Below, piece by piece: positions 25,663-32,000 of a stretch of DNA of 32,000 nt. Source of the stretch: Candidatus Nitrosocaldus schleperae. Its GTDB lineage: Archaea > Thermoproteota > Nitrososphaeria > Nitrososphaerales > Nitrosocaldaceae. Position 1 is the stretch's first letter; every line of letters begins with the position of its first letter. The DNA is taken from positions 7,020 to 39,019 of the forward strand of contig JABXGR010000011.1 in NCBI GenBank assembly GCA_013538805.1. The letters are read 5' to 3'. The translations under genes and the position numbers were made by a program. The notes under the pieces were generated by a model. It searched no databases. It saw nothing but the letters and a program-made list of their open reading frames with translations, and was not told the origin of the DNA.

Positions 25663-25670
25663 GTATATAA
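25663..25670 (-). promoter_or_regulatory. TATA-box-like element (minus-strand TTATATAC) for the 122-aa signal-peptide protein gene
   Basis: 23 nt separate this element from the ATG at 25639, the same spacing seen for amoA, amoX and amoB. Confidence 0.45.
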
Positions 25671-25737
25671 TCTTTCTCCCCTTCTTTTTAAATTATACAG
25701 GGCAAAGACTTTAATCTATCGACTAGAGAGTCTATGT

Positions 25738-26184
25738 ATGGCTAGGATACATGCACATAGGAAGGGCAAGTCACACTCAATAAGACCAGTACAGGTTAAT
25801 GCCCCATGGATAAGCAACATGAGCAAGGAAGAGATAACCAACCTTATAGTAAGCATGGCTAAGGATGGGCTTAAACCAAGCGAGATAGGGCTTAGGTTGA
25901 GGGATGAGTATGGTATCCCTCTTGTAAAGAAGGTTATAGGCAAGTCTATAACAGAGGTGCTAGAGGAGCATGGTATCAAGGCTTTGCCAGAGGATCTTAG
26001 CAATATGCTTGAGAAGGCCATAAGGCTTCAGAAGCATCTTAACGTGCATAGGAGTGATAGCAACAATATACGCTCTCTAGAGCTAATAGAGGCTAAGATA
26101 CATAGGCTTGCAAAGTACTACAAGAGGGAGGGAAAGATACCCCAAGACTGGAAGTACAAGGCTGTAATAGCAAGCCTTGAATGA
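25738..26184 (+). CDS. rps15: 30S ribosomal protein S15 (uS15, S13e type)
   Basis: It begins MARIHAHRKGKSHSIRP and is 148 aa long, typical of archaeal S15P/S13e. Confidence 0.95.
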   Translation: MARIHAHRKGKSHSIRPVQVNAPWISNMSKEEITNLIVSMAKDGLKPSEIGLRLRDEYGIPLVKKVIGKSITEVLEEHGIKALPEDLSNMLEKAIRLQKHLNVHRSDSNNIRSLELIEAKIHRLAKYYKREGKIPQDWKYKAVIASLE

Positions 26185-26205
26185 TAGGTAAGTAAGTAAG
26201 TAGTG

Positions 26206-27672
26206 ATGATAGACTTTATTAGTAATACTGGTGATGATATCAACATGGATTCATCCCTACAGAAACTATCTAGTAGAATACTCGATGCTATATCAGCAAG
26301 GAAAAGGATCATGGTTATAACACACTCTGATGCTGATGGTCTTGTATCTGGTAGCATAATAGCCAAGGCTATAATAAGGAAGGGTGGGCGATGCCTTGTT
26401 AGGGTTGTGAGCGATCTCAACCCTAATGTGTTGAGGAAGGTTGCTGGAGAGGATCATGACCTATACATAATAACTGATATGGGTGCTGGTCTGGCAGGTG
26501 TTATAGATGAGCATATAGGCAAAGGTAAGGGTAAGGATTGGATGGTTATAGATCACCACCAACTCCCAGAGGAGGAGATGGGTGATGATAGAATCTTTAA
26601 TGCATGGAAGTTCGGTATAGATGGAGGGATGGAGGCATGTGCTGGCACACTTGCATACAAGGTTGCCCATGCTTTAGATGAGTCCAACAAGGATCTCTCA
26701 GCACTTGCAGTAGTTGCCATGGTTGCTGATAGACAGGATCAGGGCGAGAGGAAGTCTCTACTTGGACTAAATGCAGATGTTGCAGATACTGCAAGAGAAC
26801 TTGGGTTGCTAAGCATAGATCTTGATCTCATGCTAGTTGGTAGGGAGACAAGAGCGGTTCATGAAGCACTTGCATATACATCCTATCCATACATAGATGG
26901 GCTAACATGGAACGTTGATTCATGCTACTCTCTACTCAACTCAACAGGACTAAGACTTAAGGATGATGGAAGATGGCGTACACTAGCAGAGATGAGTAGT
27001 GAGGAGAAGAGCAAGATAGTTGAGACCATAGCCATGTTCGCTTCATCCTCATCTGCTCCTAGCAGCAAGGATGCAAACACTATAGTTGATGAGTTGATAG
27101 GTTATGTATACACACTACTTAGGGAGGATAAGAGGAGCATGCTTAGGGATGCAAGGGAGTTCAGCATCATGCTAAATGCCTGTGCTAGGATAAGGAGATC
27201 TGGTGTTGGGATAGCAATATGCATGGGTGATAGGAACTCTATGCTTATGGAGGGTGAGATGATAGTCAATGAGTATAGAAGAACCTTAAGAGGCTATATA
27301 AGCACAATAATGGGTGAGCGATGGAGGGTTGTTGATGATGGTATGCTAGCCATGGTTAATGGGGATAACCTTATAGCACAGGATATGCTTGGGGCAGTCT
27401 CATCACTGCTTAGTGGGTCTCAAGCATTCCAAGGGAGGGTTATAGTTGTAAGGACTAGGACTGATGATGGTATGTACAAGTTCTCCTGCAGGAAGGGTCT
27501 TAACTGTAGTATTGATGTTAACCTTGGTCTACTGATGCGTGAATGCTCCAGCAGGTGCAATGGTGTTGGGGGAGGTCATAGTGCTGCTGCTGGTGCAAGG
27601 ATAAGTGCAGATATGCTAGATGAGTTCATGCGATGTGTTAAGGAGGGTGTGTACAGTAAAAGCAGTGCATAA
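26206..27672 (+). CDS. DHH/DHHA1 phosphoesterase, archaeal RecJ/Cdc45-like nuclease family
   Basis: DHH motifs are present: HSDADG, ITDMG, VIDHHQ, MVADRQD, plus the DHHA1 motif GVGGGHSAAAGA. It follows rps15, a common archaeal arrangement. I prefer the ATG at 26206 to the GTG at 26203. Confidence 0.8.
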   Translation: MIDFISNTGDDINMDSSLQKLSSRILDAISARKRIMVITHSDADGLVSGSIIAKAIIRKGGRCLVRVVSDLNPNVLRKVAGEDHDLYIITDMGAGLAGVIDEHIGKGKGKDWMVIDHHQLPEEEMGDDRIFNAWKFGIDGGMEACAGTLAYKVAHALDESNKDLSALAVVAMVADRQDQGERKSLLGLNADVADTARELGLLSIDLDLMLVGRETRAVHEALAYTSYPYIDGLTWNVDSCYSLLNSTGLRLKDDGRWRTLAEMSSEEKSKIVETIAMFASSSSAPSSKDANTIVDELIGYVYTLLREDKRSMLRDAREFSIMLNACARIRRSGVGIAICMGDRNSMLMEGEMIVNEYRRTLRGYISTIMGERWRVVDDGMLAMVNGDNLIAQDMLGAVSSLLSGSQAFQGRVIVVRTRTDDGMYKFSCRKGLNCSIDVNLGLLMRECSSRCNGVGGGHSAAAGARISADMLDEFMRCVKEGVYSKSSA

Positions 27673-27675
27673 GGG

Positions 27676-27969
27676 ATGCAAGAGGTTAATGTTAGGGTTA
27701 GGGTTAGAGTTAGAGTTAGAGTTACCATAAGGATGGATGAGCATGGTAAGGCTGCTACCTCTATGCTTGAGTCACTGCTACCAGATAACGTTGGTATCCC
27801 AGAGGGGCTATACATAGACTTCCATACTGATGGAAGTATGCTAGTGCTGATCTTTGAGGCCATACTAGAAGGGGATAAAAGGATGTCATCGCTCATATCA
27901 ACTATAGATGAGGTGTTGGAGCACATCAACACAATGGTTAGGGTCATGAATATTGTTGATGTTGGATGA
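27676..27969 (+). CDS. Pcc1-like KEOPS subunit candidate with an N-terminal (Val-Arg)n repeat
   Basis: The core pattern AATSMLESLLPDN...LVLIFEA...LISTIDEVLEHINTMVRVM resembles the Pcc1/CTAG fold signature, and the protein is small. This identification is tentative. Confidence 0.5.
   Translation: MQEVNVRVRVRVRVRVTIRMDEHGKAATSMLESLLPDNVGIPEGLYIDFHTDGSMLVLIFEAILEGDKRMSSLISTIDEVLEHINTMVRVMNIVDVG
27685..27726 (+). repeat. Seven tandem hexanucleotide units (GTTAAT GTTAGG GTTAGG GTTAGA GTTAGA GTTAGA GTTACC), in frame
   Basis: The units were read directly from the sequence. They encode VNVRVRVRVRVRVT at the N-terminus of the Pcc1-like ORF. Confidence 0.9.
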
Positions 27970-28022
27970 ATTTAGAGTAAGGATAATGATTATAATGATG
28001 TTAGATATTGTAAGGTGATCGT

Positions 28023-29306
28023 ATGATTGATCCAAAGATACTGAGGGAGCAGCCTAACATAATAGCAAATATGCTTGAGAGGAGGAGGATTGCATTCCCG
28101 TTGGATGAACTGCTAGACATGGATAGAAGGAGACGCATGCTAATGAAGGAGGTTCAAGAACTTAACCATAGAAGGAACGTTGTTGCACAACAGATAGCAG
28201 CAAAGAAGAGGCTCAATCAGGATACAACAGATGAGGTTAATGAGATGAAGGCTTTGAGTAAGAGGATAGAGATGCTAGATAAAGAACTCAACGCATTGGA
28301 GAAGGATTACAATAGGATGCTTATGATGCTACCAAACCTAGTGCATGAATCTGTTCCTGATGGTAAAGGTGAAGAGGATAACGTTGTTGTAAGGGAATGG
28401 GGTGAGCCAAGGAGATTCAAGGATGTAAGAGGGCATGTAGATATAGGGTTATCCCTTAACCTCTTAGACCTAGAGAGGGCAGCAAAGATCTCAGGCTCTA
28501 GATTCTACTTCCTGCTTGATGATCTAGTGTTATTGAACCATGCACTTATACAGTATGCTCTGGAGTTCATGAAGGGGAAGGGCTTTACACTTGTACAAAC
28601 TCCCTACATGATAAAGCGTGATGCAATGGAAGGGGCAATAATGCTTAGCGACTTTGAGGATGTTATATACAAGATTGAGGGAGAAGATCTATACCTCATA
28701 GGCACTGCTGAGCATGCCATAGCAGCAATGCACATGGATGAGATACTAGATGGTAAAAGGATGCCGTTACGCTACGCTGGCATCTCCCCATGCTTCAGGA
28801 AGGAGGCTGGTGCTCATGGCAAGGATACAAAGGGCATATTCAGGGTGCATCAGTTTGAGAAGGTTGAGCAGTTCATATTCTGCAAGCCAGAGCAGTCATG
28901 GGATGAGCATGAACTATTGCTCAGGAATGCTGAGGAGTTCTTCCAGATGCTTGGGATACCATACAGAGTAGTGCTGTTATGCTCAGCAGAACTAGGCAAG
29001 GTATCAGCAAAGACATACGATATAGAGGCTTGGATGCCAGCACAAGGCATGTATAGGGAGGTTGTATCATGCTCAAACTGCCTAGACTTCCAGGCAAGGA
29101 GGTTGAGGATAAGGTACAGGGACAAGCCCAATGAGGAGACGAGATATGTTCATACACTCAACTCTACGCTAGTTGCTACTGAGCGTACCCTAGTTGCCAT
29201 GATAGAGAATAACCAGAGTGAGGATGGGAAGAGCATAATGGTACCAAAGGTTCTAAGACCGTACATGAACGGTATAGATAGCATACCATCATCACGCACC
29301 CATTAA
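28023..29306 (+). CDS. serS: Seryl-tRNA synthetase
   Basis: An N-terminal coiled-coil arm is followed by class II motifs including FRVHQFEKVEQF and TLNSTLVATERTLVAMIEN. Confidence 0.95.
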   Translation: MIDPKILREQPNIIANMLERRRIAFPLDELLDMDRRRRMLMKEVQELNHRRNVVAQQIAAKKRLNQDTTDEVNEMKALSKRIEMLDKELNALEKDYNRMLMMLPNLVHESVPDGKGEEDNVVVREWGEPRRFKDVRGHVDIGLSLNLLDLERAAKISGSRFYFLLDDLVLLNHALIQYALEFMKGKGFTLVQTPYMIKRDAMEGAIMLSDFEDVIYKIEGEDLYLIGTAEHAIAAMHMDEILDGKRMPLRYAGISPCFRKEAGAHGKDTKGIFRVHQFEKVEQFIFCKPEQSWDEHELLLRNAEEFFQMLGIPYRVVLLCSAELGKVSAKTYDIEAWMPAQGMYREVVSCSNCLDFQARRLRIRYRDKPNEETRYVHTLNSTLVATERTLVAMIENNQSEDGKSIMVPKVLRPYMNGIDSIPSSRTH

Positions 29307-29434
29307 TTAATTAACAGACCTTTGCTCTTGTATGATACAGAAATAACTATATGCGAGTTGCAATGGCAACATATTTAAACTAATTATATGGATAGTAATA
29401 GGTAGGTAATAGGTAGTATAGGTGGTTGATTGGT

Positions 29435-29740
29435 ATGGCTAGGTCTAGGGGGTTCAGAAGGAAGACCAGACAACTATTAACAAAGGATGCGATTAGGGGT
29501 CTCTCTTATCTCTTACATGAGTATAAGATAGGTGATAAGGTTGTTATAGATATAGATGCTAGGGAGCATAAAGGAATGCCACATAGGCGCTTCCAAGGCA
29601 AGGTTGGTATTGTTGAGGCTATAAGTAAGAGGGCTCTAAGGATAAGGGTTAGGATAGGCAAGAAGGATAAGATGGTTATAGCAAGGGTTGCACATGTTAA
29701 ACCTTTAAGCAGTATAAGTATATCCTCTAACAATGGGTGA
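29435..29740 (+). CDS. rpl21e: 50S ribosomal protein L21e
   Basis: It begins MARSRGFRRKTRQLL and contains HRRFQGKVG. I prefer the ATG at 29435 to the TTG at 29426. Confidence 0.9.
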   Translation: MARSRGFRRKTRQLLTKDAIRGLSYLLHEYKIGDKVVIDIDAREHKGMPHRRFQGKVGIVEAISKRALRIRVRIGKKDKMVIARVAHVKPLSSISISSNNG

Positions 29741-30069
29741 TCATATTGGCAGATATAGTAAGCAAGAAGGTCATAACTCTACCAGAGGTTAAGGAGATAC
29801 TTGCAAGGATAGACCCAGAGAAGATGGATCAGATACAGAGGTGGACATACAACTATGTTACAAAATTTGCAAAGGTAAGTACAGATAAGGCTAGAGTGAT
29901 GAAGGATAGGCTCATGAATGAGTGTGGGCTTACTGAGGAGGAAGCAGTAGAGATAGTAAACATAATGCCCTCAAGCATAGAGGAGTTGAGGACATTTACC
30001 TTTGGCTGGAAGAAGCTGATATTAACAGAGACGCTGGAGAAGATGCTTAAGATACTTAGAGAGGCATAG
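29737..30069 (+). CDS. rpoF: DNA-directed RNA polymerase subunit F (Rpo4)
   Basis: The 110-aa ORF sits in the conserved L21e-rpoF-DUF655 position. Its GTG start overlaps the L21e stop (GTGA). The helical C-terminal region is consistent with Rpo4. Confidence 0.7.
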   Translation: MIILADIVSKKVITLPEVKEILARIDPEKMDQIQRWTYNYVTKFAKVSTDKARVMKDRLMNECGLTEEEAVEIVNIMPSSIEELRTFTFGWKKLILTETLEKMLKILREA

Positions 30070-30089
30070 AGTAGCAGTTGGAGTATACA

Positions 30090-30641
30090 ATGCAGCAGAA
30101 GAGGTACGAGGAATACGCATATGTGTTAAGTGTTGAGCCTAGAGGCAAGTCTATCAGGGTCAAGGGTAGAGAAGGTATAATAGTACAGGCTATAGGGGAG
30201 GAGCGCTTAACCCTGCTTGAACTCCTAGGTACTCCAGGGATAAGCATAGATGTTGGTGAAAGGGTCTACATAGGAAGGGATGGTAGAACAAAGATACTCA
30301 GTGTTCTAGGCAAATTGGAGTATAATGAGTTGAGCCCATATGCTAGAGATGAGTTACCAAATGTTATAGAGAGTATTGTGAAGAATAACGAGCGTAGGTT
30401 CATAGAGTTCATCAACACAGCAGGACCTATAAACCCAAGGATACACAAACTTGAACTTATACCAGGTATAGGCAAGGTTATCATGATGAATATATTGAAG
30501 GAGAGGGAGATGAAGCCGTTTGAGAGCTTTGCTGATCTGCAAAAGAGGACTGGTCTTAGGGAGCCACATAAACTCATAGCAAAGAGGATACTGCAAGAGA
30601 TAAGCGGGGATGAGAGGATAAACCTGTTCATAAAGTTCTAG
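30090..30641 (+). CDS. DUF655-family protein (OB-fold plus helix-hairpin-helix)
   Basis: It has the EEYAYVLSVEPRG N-terminus and the HhH motif LELIPGIGKVIMMNILKERE, with conserved synteny after rpoF. I prefer the ATG at 30090 to the TTG at 30078. Confidence 0.8.
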   Translation: MQQKRYEEYAYVLSVEPRGKSIRVKGREGIIVQAIGEERLTLLELLGTPGISIDVGERVYIGRDGRTKILSVLGKLEYNELSPYARDELPNVIESIVKNNERRFIEFINTAGPINPRIHKLELIPGIGKVIMMNILKEREMKPFESFADLQKRTGLREPHKLIAKRILQEISGDERINLFIKF

Positions 30642-30759
30642 ACCCTCTTTAGGGATAACCTAGTTAATCAGATAGATTGCTTTTATGAACCAATTAGATA
30701 ACTTGTTGATATGCATAGGAATAAAAGTTGGATAGGCAGAAGAATCAATTAAGAAATAT

Positions 30760-31350
30760 ATGATAGGGGAGGAGGATGAGGATAGCATCTACAAGCCAGC
30801 AGAGGATACATTCATGCTTGCAGATGCTATAGATGGGTTGCATGGCTATAATGCATTGGAGATTGGTACTGGCAGTGGTTACATAGCATACGTATTGAGC
30901 AAGGGATTTGGAAGGGTTGTGGCAACAGATATCAACCTTGAAGCACTGATCTATGCTAAGAATAGGGATGATGGTATTAGAGATGTTGAGTTTGTATGCT
31001 GCAACAGTGCAGATGCCATATCAAACATCTCATTCGATCTAATAGCAGTAAACCCACCTTATCTGCCATCTGAGCATATAGAGGATGCTGCTGTTGATGG
31101 AGGCATGCAGGGGATAGAGGTTGCAATGAGCATGATCAAGAGCGCTTCAAGATTGCTCAAGGATGATGGTAGGATGATCATTGTAATCTCATCTCTTGCA
31201 AGGTATGATCTCCTACTCTCCTCACTTCATGATATTGGATTAGAGGGTAGGATAACTGCAAGGAAGCGGTATGGGTTTGAAGACCTCATCTTGATTGAGA
31301 TAAGATCTATCAAGCATGCAACTCGACAACATCAAGATCATCAAGGATGA
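30760..31350 (+). CDS. HemK/Mtq2-like N5-glutamine (release factor) methyltransferase family protein
   Basis: It has the SAM motif LEIGTGSGYIA and the catalytic VNPPYLP motif. Confidence 0.75.
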   Translation: MIGEEDEDSIYKPAEDTFMLADAIDGLHGYNALEIGTGSGYIAYVLSKGFGRVVATDINLEALIYAKNRDDGIRDVEFVCCNSADAISNISFDLIAVNPPYLPSEHIEDAAVDGGMQGIEVAMSMIKSASRLLKDDGRMIIVISSLARYDLLLSSLHDIGLEGRITARKRYGFEDLILIEIRSIKHATRQHQDHQG

Positions 31351-32000
31351 AGTCCTTGCCAACCTTGATTATGCTTCCACGCCTCCATACCCTTGCATAC
31401 TTGAATGCTATAGCAAAGTCCCTATGGATCCTCTCTGCAAGCTCTATAACCCTTGAGCCTCTATGCATAAGCAATGGCTCATCTACGGGATCAGAGCCTA
31501 CCTTCTTTGTGAATACCCTTATAAGCCCAAGGCGCTTGAGTAGATCTAGCATGAATGAGTCCTTATCACCATTGAAGATGATGGGATCTATTCCATTAAC
31601 ATCACAAACGTTATCTGCAAATGCTACAAATACAGCATCCTTACTGACCCTTCCAAATATAGCATCTTCAACATCCTCCAACGTTGTATTAGAGTAGAGC
31701 CTTACTATTGCATTCTTTATACCATAGCTCTTGATCAGATTGAATACACTGCCCTCATCCACATGATAAGATCTACCAACTATCCTTATACCTCCATGAG
31801 GAGTATACTCTATCTCAGCCTTAGATCTTGCTAGAATGTTGATATTTCTTGCCTCGAACCATTTGCATACATCATCCATATACTTGCTTGACTCAACAAC
31901 AACCATTATTGCATCAGCATTCCTTGCTATGCTTATCAACTTGTCCAATCTATCCTCCCCTATCATGTAATCCAATGGTGTCAAGACCATCTGAGCCCTT
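31310..32000 (-). CDS. DRG/Rbg-family GTPase with C-terminal TGS domain, 5' end truncated by the window edge
   Basis: The frame stays open to position 32000. The TGS-like C-terminus reads RGSRVIELAERIHRDFAIAFKYARVW...DLDVVELHA. The gene converges on and overlaps the methyltransferase gene by 41 nt. Confidence 0.75.
   Translation of the reverse strand, partial: RAQMVLTPLDYMIGEDRLDKLISIARNADAIMVVVESSKYMDDVCKWFEARNINILARSKAEIEYTPHGGIRIVGRSYHVDEGSVFNLIKSYGIKNAIVRLYSNTTLEDVEDAIFGRVSKDAVFVAFADNVCDVNGIDPIIFNGDKDSFMLDLLKRLGLIRVFTKKVGSDPVDEPLLMHRGSRVIELAERIHRDFAIAFKYARVWRRGSIIKVGKDFILDDLDVVELHA

Noticed and set aside
27691-27702. TTAGGG-TTAGGG, identical to the vertebrate telomere unit.
   Set aside because: It is part of an in-frame coding hexamer repeat in a prokaryotic chromosome interior. 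There is no biological reason to invoke telomeric function.
29307-29434. Small hairpin GTTGC-AATG-GCAAC and repeated ATAGGTA units upstream of rpl21e, considered as an RNA gene or regulatory leader.
   Set aside because: The stem is only 5 bp, there is no tRNA-like or known ribosomal-leader architecture, and the spacer length is compatible with an ordinary promoter region.
1-32000. A search for CRISPR arrays, transposases, integrases, tRNA or rRNA genes, toxin-antitoxin pairs and other defence-island signatures.
   Set aside because: I found no direct-repeat/spacer periodicity, no recombinase or nuclease-defence motifs in any ORF, and no cloverleaf-capable GC-rich segments in the intergenic regions. 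The window reads as core chromosome, not as an accessory island.

Overview
This is a 32-kb chromosomal window from an ammonia-oxidising archaeon (Nitrososphaeria/Thaumarchaeota). It is AT-rich and coding-dense, with heavy AGG/ATA codon use that hints at a thermophilic lineage; the lineage cannot be fixed without a database search. The centre holds a complete archaeal ammonia monooxygenase locus: amoA-amoX-amoC on the minus strand (21598-23312), divergent from amoB on the plus strand (23628-24257). Each amo gene has its own TATA-like element close to the ATG, and amoA, amoC and amoB are followed by T-rich terminator-like tracts. Four small signal-peptide or transmembrane protein genes flank the locus (20731-21416 and 24807-25639), together with a 549-bp ORF-free spacer. 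The two genes beyond amoB are my best candidates for the recently described accessory AMO subunits AmoY and AmoZ. The left end carries an unusual minus-strand cluster. It comprises a GcvH-like/TusA-like fusion with the lipoyl lysine replaced by arginine, a PhaC-type PHA synthase with an N-terminal extension and no adjacent phaE, and an 8-nt-overlapping ADP-forming acyl-CoA synthetase fused to a GNAT domain. Other genes of interest are a wHTH regulator fused to a cobalamin-binding-like domain that lacks the His ligand, and a possible catalytically dead archaemetzincin-like protein. The rest is typical archaeal housekeeping in conserved synteny: uppS, MFS, ubiE, pth2, geranylgeranyl reductase, Zn-ribbon/aEF-1beta/CDC48, ctaB, CPA2 antiporter, PAC2, nfo, S15/RecJ-like/Pcc1-like/serS, L21e/rpoF/DUF655/HemK-like, and a DRG GTPase cut by the right edge. 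I saw no tRNA or rRNA genes, CRISPR arrays, transposases or integrases. All calls rest on reading the translated ORFs and the DNA; no searches were run.
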